In this document: one piece after another, positions 1 through 8,830 of the stretch
Numbering within the stretch: the first letter of the stretch is position 1
How the letters are laid out: each line of letters starts with the position of its first letter
Assembly (NCBI GenBank): GCA_030867685.1
Contig: JAQOWU010000008.1
Coordinates: forward strand, 2,852,001-2,916,000
From: Wickerhamiella versatilis
Taxonomy: Eukaryota
Length of the DNA: 64,000 nucleotides
Reading direction: 5' to 3'
Translations under genes and position numbers: made by a program
The notes under the pieces: model-generated
Told to the model about the DNA's origin: nothing
What the model saw: only the letters and a program-made list of their open reading frames with translations
Databases searched by the model: none

Positions 1-82
1 CGCGGCGGGTGCCCCTTTGTTACTGGGCTGAGATTACACCGTTTGCACTCGATCAAGTTCGTACTTGCGAGAGGATTGTGGC
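1..82 (+). promoter_or_regulatory. TPP riboswitch aptamer, copy 1 (5' arm of P1 clipped by window start)
   Basis: GGGTGCCC..GGGCTGAGA..ACCG..CACTCGATCAAGTTCGTACTTGCGAGAGGA. Contains P3 GCCC/GGGC, the UGAGA motif, P2 GCGG/CCGT, P4 CTC/GAG, P5 CAAGT/ACTTG followed by CG, and P1 CGCGG/TTGTG. Confidence 0.9.
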
Positions 83-103
83 ACTATAGATCTTGTTTAA
101 GAA

Positions 104-182
104 GTCGCGACGGGTGCCTTTTTAAAGGCTGAGATCAAACCGTTAACACTCGATCAAGTTCGTACTTGCGTGAGAATGTGAC
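104..182 (+). promoter_or_regulatory. TPP riboswitch aptamer, copy 2
   Basis: P1 GTCGCG/TGTGAC, P2 ACGG/CCGT, P3 GCCTTT/AAAGGC, TGAGA. The 24-nt P4/P5 core at 147-170 is identical to 46-69. Confidence 0.92.
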
Positions 183-272
183 TCTATAAATCTTTTTTAT
201 CAAATATGGCTCTTTTAGGAAATTTAGCCAGTCATTTGGAGCTTAAATTAGTCTATGTAGATGCTCCAGATG

Positions 273-2234
273 CTACTGCTGCCTTTCTCTAAATTTATAG
301 GAGTCTCCGGTTATGTCCCAATAAATACATCTGCAGACATGGGCAATGGCAGCTCTCCCTTGCCAGACTGGAACAACGCCTACGAGAAATAGAGCACACC
401 ATATCCATAAAATCTGAATGACAACCCACCCTGTGAAGAATGGCCGACTAAACACATAGCCACTGCCATACAATGGCATGGGGAATATGATGAGTAGCGA
501 AAGAACCAGAATGGCACATATAACACGTGCAGCTACCACATATACATTTAAACGAGTCTTTTTATCAGCCCATTTATAGGATATTGATGAAGTGTTCTCT
601 GTGATAACCTTTTCGTTATCCTTTTCAGGCGCTGTGCTGCTCGAAATTTCAGATATGTCAGAACTTTCAGCAATATGAAATTCTCGTAGTTGATCGAAGT
701 TGTAATGAGCATGTCCAGTAAATACTTGGATTATGGGGATCCAAACTAATGGACTAAAGGTGCTAATGAGCATAGAGCCTAGACCAGCGTAGCTGGATCC
801 CGTGGTAGCAACGGTAACAGCACCGTGTAAGCCATAAGCTATAGTAACCAGTGCAACGACGCCTGAAATACTACCCAGTATTGCAGAGATAATTGCAGAC
901 CACTTTGTGAGACCACTCCAGAATAAGGTCAAAACTGCAGGAACAAATGCTCCGCCTGCAACTACTGCAATCAAATCGAAGAGCCAGCTTAAATTGACTC
1001 CAGCATAGTAAAGGCCAAGAGCAAATCCAACCATGGTAGACACAAATACGACAACACCTGCATGTGTCATGAAAATGAGCTGCTTTCCACTCGCGCGAGG
1101 GTTAATGTAAGGTTTGTACACATCATATACAAATACTGTACTCGCTGCTACCATCTCTGCAGAAGCAGCACTTGTAACTGACATCAGTACTAAAAGTAAG
1201 GCACAAGCTGCACCCCTTTCACCCATTAAAAGGGTTGCGGCTTTTGGAAGTACCAGGCCTGCGCTTACTTCTTCAGCGGACATTGGCTCGGATTCGAGAA
1301 CTCTAGCACTGAGACCCAGCACAGTTGCAAGTCCAAATGGACAACCGTACCATGCAATTCCACCCATTATATATCCTGGTATAACTGAAGAGGGAGCCGA
1401 AGCTAAGGATTTTTGCCAATAGCCCTGATCAAGACATATTGGTGTGATCGCACTCGACAATGCAAGAGCGAGAAACAATCCTCCTCCATGTGAGCTGATT
1501 GTCAGATAGGAGCCATTCTTGTTACCTTCAATGGGCTTAGTCTTCGCCAGTTCGACGAGAAGATCATACATACGACCAGGCGACCCGATTTGCGAATTCG
1601 TCGTATATGCATTGAATAAAAACACCAGAGCAATAGTCAAAATAACTATTGTATGGAGATAGTCTGTCAAAAAAGTCGATTTGAGTCCCCCGAAAAGAGT
1701 GTAGCAGGTAACGGGCAATATTATGAGGAAAGTAGCTGCAACAATATGCATACCAGTAAGATAATTTACGACAACTGATGCACCATTTAGTAGCTCTACA
1801 GTGACAAGCATATTTACAGCGATGGCAAAAAAAAGGAAAACTAGATGAGCAGACTTTCCAAATCTCACACGTATTAATTCCAGATAGGTGTGACACCCCG
1901 GTGCTTTTCGCTTTACCTCCATAGCCAGAACAGCAAATATGAAACATACCACGCCACATCCGCTGGCATAATACAGACCACCCGCAACTCCATAATTATA
2001 AGCTTGGACTGAGCTTATCAGGAGTGTCGTGGTCCAGGTCCACGAGGAAATAACAGCAGAAGCGATGAGGCCGCTCCTAACACTTCTTCCTGCGGTTGCA
2101 AATTCTTCCGAAGTCATCATTTGCTTTTCGTAGCGGCCAAGGAAGAAAGTCACCAGTACCATTCCAATAGCGAAGGCAAATCCCACGCCCAATATGACAC
2201 CATATCCAACACCTTGTGATAAAGGGGCTTCCAT
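273..2234 (-). CDS. DUR3: Dur3-like urea/polyamine transporter (sodium:solute symporter family)
   Basis: N-terminus PLSQGVGYGVILGVG..EEFATAGRSVRSGLIASAVISSWTW matches Dur3; many TM helices. Confidence 0.88.
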   Translation of the reverse strand: MEAPLSQGVGYGVILGVGFAFAIGMVLVTFFLGRYEKQMMTSEEFATAGRSVRSGLIASAVISSWTWTTTLLISSVQAYNYGVAGGLYYASGCGVVCFIFAVLAMEVKRKAPGCHTYLELIRVRFGKSAHLVFLFFAIAVNMLVTVELLNGASVVVNYLTGMHIVAATFLIILPVTCYTLFGGLKSTFLTDYLHTIVILTIALVFLFNAYTTNSQIGSPGRMYDLLVELAKTKPIEGNKNGSYLTISSHGGGLFLALALSSAITPICLDQGYWQKSLASAPSSVIPGYIMGGIAWYGCPFGLATVLGLSARVLESEPMSAEEVSAGLVLPKAATLLMGERGAACALLLVLMSVTSAASAEMVAASTVFVYDVYKPYINPRASGKQLIFMTHAGVVVFVSTMVGFALGLYYAGVNLSWLFDLIAVVAGGAFVPAVLTLFWSGLTKWSAIISAILGSISGVVALVTIAYGLHGAVTVATTGSSYAGLGSMLISTFSPLVWIPIIQVFTGHAHYNFDQLREFHIAESSDISEISSSTAPEKDNEKVITENTSSISYKWADKKTRLNVYVVAARVICAILVLSLLIIFPMPLYGSGYVFSRPFFTGWVVIQILWIWCALFLVGVVPVWQGRAAIAHVCRCIYWDITGDSYKFRERQQ

Positions 2235-2596
2235 TTCTGCGAATAATCAAACTGTTAGGTCGATATATAATTTTCAACTATTCTCAATGATAATCCATGA
2301 TATGCGATAGTGGCCTAGGGTTATGCAATAAGAAGTGCCCGAACCGACCCTTTGATATGGAGTAGTCAAGACCGTTGGCTACAACGAGCTAGGTAAACTA
2401 ATGGAAGAAAATGATATTCACATATCCACGGATGGGATAGATTTTTTGTGATCTACATTTATTGACTACGTGTGTTTTACCTTCGTGGGAAAGCCTGTCA
2501 TATCAGGTGATATTGTGTTCACTCACGTGTGATTATAAATAATGCCGTTGGCCTTGGTTATATAGATAGAACCTTGTAAATACCTTTGACTGTGAA

Positions 2597-3868
2597 ATGG
2601 TTGCTTCATCAAAAATAAATTCCGATCCAGCATCAGGCGCTGCATCTGTAACTTCGAGTCCGCATCTGGATGAGAAATATAACTTGAAGCCATTTATACC
2701 GGTGGCTGAGCCGAAGGAGAATATAAAATATGTTAACCTCGAAGCAATTGACCTTGGCAAATACAAGGAAGGATCTGATCCTGAAGCAGTCGAATCTAGG
2801 CGAATCTTGGCAAGACAGCTTGACAAGAGCTTACGCACTTATGGCTTTTTTTTCATTACGAACCACGGGATAGAACCTGAAACCTTCCAGCGGATTGATT
2901 CTATCAATCAGGCCTTGCACTCAATCGACGAGACAGACAAACTGGTCCATAGGTCAGGCGGATTGACATCAGATGAGGACGTGAACAGCGTTGGAGCTGA
3001 ACGTGGGCCAGGTTTCAAACCACGCAAGTATTGGGGGATGGCCAATGGTGTGAGGGATAATATCGAATTTTTCAATTTTGTGAACATTGTGCAAGATTCG
3101 GAGTTGATTAACGAGACTCGGCCTGAATTGGCACGTGTTTACACGAATGAGATAGCCAATTACTTCAGATATATACATCACAATGTTTTGAGAAGGCTCA
3201 CAATTTTGTGCGATAATATCCTGGAGCTACCAGAGGGGACAATATATAACCGGTACTTTAAGGTAGTACAGGGTGATCTCAACAATTCGGGTGGTGGATT
3301 TGGCCGCCTCATGGTTTATTATGGTCAAGATGAGGAGGCAAACAGGCTAACTGAAGATACCTGGCTGAGGGGCCATAGTGATAGCGATGGTTTTACATTT
3401 ATTGCTAGTCAACCCATGGTTTCTCTTCAGATCAGAGACTACGACACCGGGGAATGGCGATATGTCAAGCATGTTCCCAATGCTCTTGTAGTAAATATCG
3501 GTGACGCTCTCGAGTTCATTACTGGTGGGTATTTCCGAAGCACAATTCATCGCGTGGTCAATCCGCCAAAAAGTCAACAAAACCATACACGTCAAGCCAC
3601 TATCTACTTTTGCAAGCCATCCTGGAATTCCTATATCGATCCTGAGGATTTAAAGAGTCCAAGACTTGAGCGCCTTGGTATTAACAGTCCACCTGATTGG
3701 GAAAGAATCACCTACGGTCAATGGGATCTCGAAAAAGGTAGACTGTTTGGCAAGTCTAAGATCAACAATAAGCCAGGAGAAGAGCCTGAACCAGTCCTTA
3801 TACACGGTCGCCTAGCTGAGCGCTGGATTCCCACAGTCGATTTGGATAAGTTGGGTATTGCCGTTTAA
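2597..3868 (+). CDS. 2-oxoglutarate/Fe(II)-dependent dioxygenase (IPNS-like), substrate unknown
   Basis: YGFFFITNHGI, GHSD (HxD), NIGDALEFITGGYFRSTIHRVV. Confidence 0.85.
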   Translation: MVASSKINSDPASGAASVTSSPHLDEKYNLKPFIPVAEPKENIKYVNLEAIDLGKYKEGSDPEAVESRRILARQLDKSLRTYGFFFITNHGIEPETFQRIDSINQALHSIDETDKLVHRSGGLTSDEDVNSVGAERGPGFKPRKYWGMANGVRDNIEFFNFVNIVQDSELINETRPELARVYTNEIANYFRYIHHNVLRRLTILCDNILELPEGTIYNRYFKVVQGDLNNSGGGFGRLMVYYGQDEEANRLTEDTWLRGHSDSDGFTFIASQPMVSLQIRDYDTGEWRYVKHVPNALVVNIGDALEFITGGYFRSTIHRVVNPPKSQQNHTRQATIYFCKPSWNSYIDPEDLKSPRLERLGINSPPDWERITYGQWDLEKGRLFGKSKINNKPGEEPEPVLIHGRLAERWIPTVDLDKLGIAV

Positions 3869-3995
3869 AAGTTAAATCATGAAGTATGAAATAGCAAAAT
3901 AGTGACTTAAGAAAAAGATTTATTTGACCCTCAGCGACTACAAATTAGAAAAACAAAATCACAGCAAGAGGTAGAATTTCTCGAATTCGCAAAAA

Positions 3996-4067
3996 TGAAC
4001 TGTCGGAGAATCGAACCCCGGTCCCTGGCTTGGAAGGCCAGGATGATAACCACTACACTAACAGTCC
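3996..4067 (-). tRNA. tRNA-Gly(TCC), intronless
   Basis: Reverse complement GGACTGTTAGTGTAGTGGTTATCATCCTGGCCTTCCAAGCCAGGGACCGGGGTTCGATTCTCCGACAGTTCA folds as a cloverleaf with TCC anticodon; T5 terminator follows immediately. Confidence 0.97.
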
Positions 4068-4185
4068 TTAGCTGTTGGATATGATGCATAACAAAAATAT
4101 ATATAGGTACAACTGGACTCTACTTTGAGCGGAATCTTATTCGTCTACGTTCGCAATATTGAAAATCTTCCAAAAAAGATAGGCG

Positions 4186-4530
4186 ATGACACATTTGTAT
4201 CGTCCTCGGAGAAGATATCTTGGTCACCTAACCCACGTCCAACGTTGTCAGTGGCAAGTAATGCCACCAATTCGCAGTAAAAAGCGGGAGGGGGCTTTGG
4301 TGAATCGAAAAAAACAACATGTATCTGCTGAGAAACGCCGTCGCGAGGCGATTAGACGTGGGTTTGACCAGTTAACAGCAATCGTCCCCAATCTGATAAG
4401 TTCCCAAAGTCGGTCCGAGGCTATTGTCCTGGATGAGGCACTAAAGCTACTACATTCTCTTAAACATGAAAATATGCAGCTGCGATCACTCGCAGATCAT
4501 GCACAGTTGAAGCTACCTGATACTTTGTAA
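4186..4530 (+). CDS. INO4: small bHLH transcription factor, Ino4-like (start may be the ATG at 4261)
   Basis: QHVSAEKRRREAIRRGFDQLTAIVPNL..SRSEAIVL matches the Ino4-type bHLH. Confidence 0.7.
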   Translation: MTHLYRPRRRYLGHLTHVQRCQWQVMPPIRSKKREGALVNRKKQHVSAEKRRREAIRRGFDQLTAIVPNLISSQSRSEAIVLDEALKLLHSLKHENMQLRSLADHAQLKLPDTL

Positions 4531-4617
4531 ATGTCTTACTAGGCCTCTCTACTACATATCTACCATAAGAATCTCTCCCATTATTAATACTGATTCTTTA
4601 CCCACCTCCGCGGAGAT

Positions 4618-7600
4618 ATGGAAGTATCGAATCGCTTGGAGTTTTGGCTGAACGGGAAACACCGTGTGGTGGTCAATCCAGATCCATCTCAAAACATTAT
4701 TGAATATGTGAGGGATGAAGGTTTGACTGGTACAAAGCTTGGATGTTCAGAGGGCGGATGTGGTGCCTGCACCGTAACTGTTAGTGAATGGGATGCTGAG
4801 AAACAGAAGCCCAAATTTTACGCGGTGAATGGATGCATTGCTCCTGTAATTTTCTTAGAAGGTAAGCATCTTGAGACAATCGAGGGCATTGGGAACAGTA
4901 GCTTGCCTCATGCCGCTCAGGAACGCATTGCGAAGTACCACGGCTCACAATGCGGTTTTTGTACTCCAGGAATTGTAATGAGTCTCTACGCAACACTTAG
5001 GGAAACAGAGGGACAACCAACTCGAGAGCAGATCTCAACTGCGTTTGATGGTAACTTATGCCGTTGCACTGGGTATAAGCCGATTATAGATGCGGCAGAT
5101 ACATTCACAGTCGATGGCGATACTTCAAATGGATTTAATGGGGCACCCTGCTCCGGGGATAAGTCGGAATTAGCGAACGGCTGCTCAGCAAATGTTAAGC
5201 AAAATGGTTGTAGTAAAGGACAGGGATGCTGTCAGGTTAAATCAGATTCCAAAAATGGATCCAATGGCTGCTGTGGTGGCTTAAAAACTCCAAATGGTTT
5301 TTCTCTGCGACAGTACCCGCATTCAGAGCGGATTTTTCCACCTGCCCTGAAGAAATACTCTTCAAAGTTTGTACGCCTTGAATCTCCTAGTGGCAGTATT
5401 TGGTATCGTCCAAGAACATTAGAAGATTTGAAAGCTATAGTGCAAAAACATGAAAATGTCCATTACGTTGCCGGTGCCTCTGAATTCCAAATTGAAGCCA
5501 AGATCAAGGGTGATGAACACCCAGTATGTGTTTTTCTACACGATATCAAGGAACTGCAAAAGTTCGTGGAATACTCAGACAAATATGAAATTGGAGGAAA
5601 TATTCGTCTTTCAGAGTTGGAGGAACATTTAGCCGGGTCGAAAGACCAAGTCGCTCAGGCTATAAACGAACAATTGAGGTACTTCGCGGGCCGTCAAATT
5701 CGTAATGTGGCAACGCCAGCGGGTAATATTGCCACAGCTTCTCCAATTGCCGACTTGAACCCAGTATTAACTGCTGTAAATGCGTTGCTATCAGTTATTT
5801 TACCTGATGGTAGTACGAAGGAAATTCAAATGGGCGATTTCAACCATCCTTTTTGGACTGGTTATCGTAAAACTTTGCTACCAAAAGATGCGGTTATAAC
5901 CAAAATCGCCATACCCAAGGCAAAACAAGGTGAAACCGTACGATCATTTAAGCAAGCAAAGCGTAAGGATGACGATATTTCTATTGTGACAGCGTGCATG
6001 AGATGTGCAGTATCTGCTGATGGAGTGGTAGAAGCGTGTGCATTAGCTTATGGTGGTGTCGCACCATTTACTGTATTGACTGGAAACGAGCTTGTAGGCT
6101 CTAAAGTGTCCGATTTACAGGGTGCTGGCTTGAAGTTACTCGAATCTCGTTTCCAACTCCCTTACAATGTTCCTGGGGGTATGGCGAAATTCCGTAGATC
6201 TTTGATCCTTTCGTTTTTTTACAAGTTTGTCCAGGCTCTTCTACCTTCTTCAGAAGCTGATAAGGATGCCTTGGCAGAAGTTACACGCAAACACCCGGTT
6301 GGCGTGCGTGATCTTCGCAATCGCTATGAACAGGAGATTTTGGGCAAAAGCACTATGCACGTTAATGCTATGAAACAAGTTACAGGAGAAGCACTTTACG
6401 TCGATGATATCCCAGCATTCCGCAATGAATTGCACGCAGTTCAAATCCTTTCCACTCGGGCTTCAGCTAGAATTACGAAGATTGACTATTCTGGTCTACT
6501 TGATATGCCTGGTGTGGAGGGTATAGTCGACTATCGTGATGTACCTGGATCCAACAGGTGGGGTGCGTTTGTAAAACTTGGACCCGATACGTTGTTCGTC
6601 GAAGATGGAATATGTAAATACGTTGGCGATTGTATTGGCTTGGTTGTGGCAACGACTCGAGATATAGCAGTGAAAGCTTCCCGCAAAGTTCATGTCGAGT
6701 ACGAGAGTCTTGGTGATCCTATTTTCACCATTGAACAAGCTATAGAGAAACAGTCCTTTTTTGACTTGCGTCCTCTAATAGAGAAAAACGACCCAAAGCT
6801 TGCACTCACGCAAGCCAAATATGTTTTCGAAGGCAGCTCAAGAACAGGCTCTCAGGAACACTTTTATTTTGAACCCCAGGGAGCGCTAGTTGTTCCTGAG
6901 GATAACGATGAGTACAAAATCTATGCTAGCACCCAGAATCCTAATGAGACACAACTCGTTGCCGCATCGGCTCTTGGACTCCCAGCGAACCGTGTAGTGG
7001 CACGTGTGAAGCGGCTGGGTGGTGGTTTCGGAGGAAAGGAGACACGTTCCGTGCATTATTCTGCGATAGCTACTATAGCAGCACACAAGTTTCGCCGTCC
7101 AGTTCGTATAATTCTATCGCGGCAAGAGGATATGCTTCAAGCTGGCCAGCGACATCCAATGCTTGCAAAGTGGAAAGTTGGTCTAGATGAAAACTTGAAG
7201 TTCACAGCCCTTGATGTTGATTTGTATTTTAACGCTGGCTATTCGCTGGACCTCTCGAAAGGTGTGATGGATCGAGGTGTGCTTCACGTCGACAATTGCT
7301 ACGACTTTGGTGCAGTTAGGGCTTGTGCATATCCCTGTCGTACTAACATTGCGAGTAATACTGCTTTCAGAGGCTTTGGTGGACCTCAGGGTATGTTCGT
7401 TGCAGAGACCATTATATATGAAGTATCCAACGCTCTGGGAGTCACGCCCGAAGAACTTCGAGCTCGCAATTTCTACCCATTGAAGGGTGGCGAGACTCCT
7501 TATAAACAGAAGCTAGGGGATGATTTCACTGTACCAATCATGGCTGAAAAGCTCCTTTCGGAAGTCGACTATCCGAAGCTTCGTCAGGAAGTAGACAGGT

Positions 7601-8637
7601 TCAATTCTACTTCCAAGTGGATAAAAAGAGGCTTGGCATCTGTACCAACAAAATTTGGTGTTTCTTTCGGTGTTAAATTCCTCAATCAAGCAGGAGCTTT
7701 GGTTCACATTTACGAGGATGGCTCAGTTTTACTTGCACATGGTGGTACGGAGATGGGACAAGGACTGCATACTAAAATGACTATGGTTGCTGCCCATGAG
7801 CTTGGTGTCCCAGTGGATAATGTCTACATAAGTGAAACGTCAACACAAACCGTAGCAAACGCGTCTCCAACGGCTGCCTCAGCTTCTAGTGATCTCAACG
7901 GAGGCGCTGTGAAGAACGCATGCGATCAGCTGAACGCAAGATTAGAACCTTATCGGGAAAAATTGGGTCCAAATGCAACGATGAAAGAATTAGCACATGC
8001 ATGCTATTTTGACCGTGTGAACCTTAGTGCGAATGGCTTCTATAAGACACCAGATATCGACTTTACATTCGGGGACCCTAATCCGGGACCCGCTTTCTCC
8101 TACTACACTCAAGGAGTGGCGGTTGTAATGGTGGAAGCTAACTTACTCACTGGTGACTGGGCCAACCTGCAAACTGATATCCTAATGGACATTGGTCGGC
8201 CAATCAATCAAGCAATTGACTATGGACAGATTGAAGGCGCATTTGTACAAGGACAGGGGCTCTTTACAATAGAAGAAAGTTTGTGGAATGCTAACGGTTC
8301 CCTGCTCACTCGGGGACCTGGTGCGTATAAGATACCCGGATTCCGGGACATTCCTCAACATTTTAACGTCTCTCATCTTCAGGATAGATCTTTTGACCAT
8401 CTCAAAACAATTCACCAATCTAAGGGTATTGGGGAACCACCACTATTCCTTGGATCTACTGTTCTTTTCGCCTTGCTTGATGCGCTAAAATCGGCACGTG
8501 TACCTCGAGGTTTAGGAATAGTAAAGGGCATTAGTGCACCATTGACTACAGAAAGTATCCGCAATGCAGCTGGAGATGATATATCTCAGTTGGCTGAAGT
8601 CGAGCAAGTTGGTGTGCCATTTTCAATGAGAGCCTAG
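4618..8637 (+). CDS. XDH: xanthine dehydrogenase (molybdo-flavoenzyme)
   Basis: 2Fe-2S motifs GCSEGGCGAC and QCGFCTPG; Moco-domain motifs GGGFGGKETR, AFRGFGGPQG, GIGEPPL; 1339 aa. Confidence 0.96.
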   Translation: MEVSNRLEFWLNGKHRVVVNPDPSQNIIEYVRDEGLTGTKLGCSEGGCGACTVTVSEWDAEKQKPKFYAVNGCIAPVIFLEGKHLETIEGIGNSSLPHAAQERIAKYHGSQCGFCTPGIVMSLYATLRETEGQPTREQISTAFDGNLCRCTGYKPIIDAADTFTVDGDTSNGFNGAPCSGDKSELANGCSANVKQNGCSKGQGCCQVKSDSKNGSNGCCGGLKTPNGFSLRQYPHSERIFPPALKKYSSKFVRLESPSGSIWYRPRTLEDLKAIVQKHENVHYVAGASEFQIEAKIKGDEHPVCVFLHDIKELQKFVEYSDKYEIGGNIRLSELEEHLAGSKDQVAQAINEQLRYFAGRQIRNVATPAGNIATASPIADLNPVLTAVNALLSVILPDGSTKEIQMGDFNHPFWTGYRKTLLPKDAVITKIAIPKAKQGETVRSFKQAKRKDDDISIVTACMRCAVSADGVVEACALAYGGVAPFTVLTGNELVGSKVSDLQGAGLKLLESRFQLPYNVPGGMAKFRRSLILSFFYKFVQALLPSSEADKDALAEVTRKHPVGVRDLRNRYEQEILGKSTMHVNAMKQVTGEALYVDDIPAFRNELHAVQILSTRASARITKIDYSGLLDMPGVEGIVDYRDVPGSNRWGAFVKLGPDTLFVEDGICKYVGDCIGLVVATTRDIAVKASRKVHVEYESLGDPIFTIEQAIEKQSFFDLRPLIEKNDPKLALTQAKYVFEGSSRTGSQEHFYFEPQGALVVPEDNDEYKIYASTQNPNETQLVAASALGLPANRVVARVKRLGGGFGGKETRSVHYSAIATIAAHKFRRPVRIILSRQEDMLQAGQRHPMLAKWKVGLDENLKFTALDVDLYFNAGYSLDLSKGVMDRGVLHVDNCYDFGAVRACAYPCRTNIASNTAFRGFGGPQGMFVAETIIYEVSNALGVTPEELRARNFYPLKGGETPYKQKLGDDFTVPIMAEKLLSEVDYPKLRQEVDRFNSTSKWIKRGLASVPTKFGVSFGVKFLNQAGALVHIYEDGSVLLAHGGTEMGQGLHTKMTMVAAHELGVPVDNVYISETSTQTVANASPTAASASSDLNGGAVKNACDQLNARLEPYREKLGPNATMKELAHACYFDRVNLSANGFYKTPDIDFTFGDPNPGPAFSYYTQGVAVVMVEANLLTGDWANLQTDILMDIGRPINQAIDYGQIEGAFVQGQGLFTIEESLWNANGSLLTRGPGAYKIPGFRDIPQHFNVSHLQDRSFDHLKTIHQSKGIGEPPLFLGSTVLFALLDALKSARVPRGLGIVKGISAPLTTESIRNAAGDDISQLAEVEQVGVPFSMRA

Positions 8638-8830
8638 AGGACCATGATGCATATTTCACTAGCCAGATAGACCGTTTTATAGAGTCTTCTGATCTAATAA
8701 ATAGTTAAGCAGATATTTTTGGCATTGTCACTACTACAAGTTGAAAAAAATTGAATCATTCTATAATTAGGATGATAACTAGGCTGAGGTGCATCTTAGT
8801 CATACTGGCGTTCCAGATTTACTTGTCGAT

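Noticed and set aside
46-170. 24-nt direct repeat as a CRISPR-like array
   Set aside because: Eukaryotic context, only two copies, and the intervening sequences are homologous and fold as TPP aptamers.
273-2234. The permease as the riboswitch-controlled thiamine transporter DUR31
   Set aside because: The sequence resembles Dur3 proper, and the aptamers are on the opposite strand beyond its stop, so they are not in its mRNA in sense orientation.
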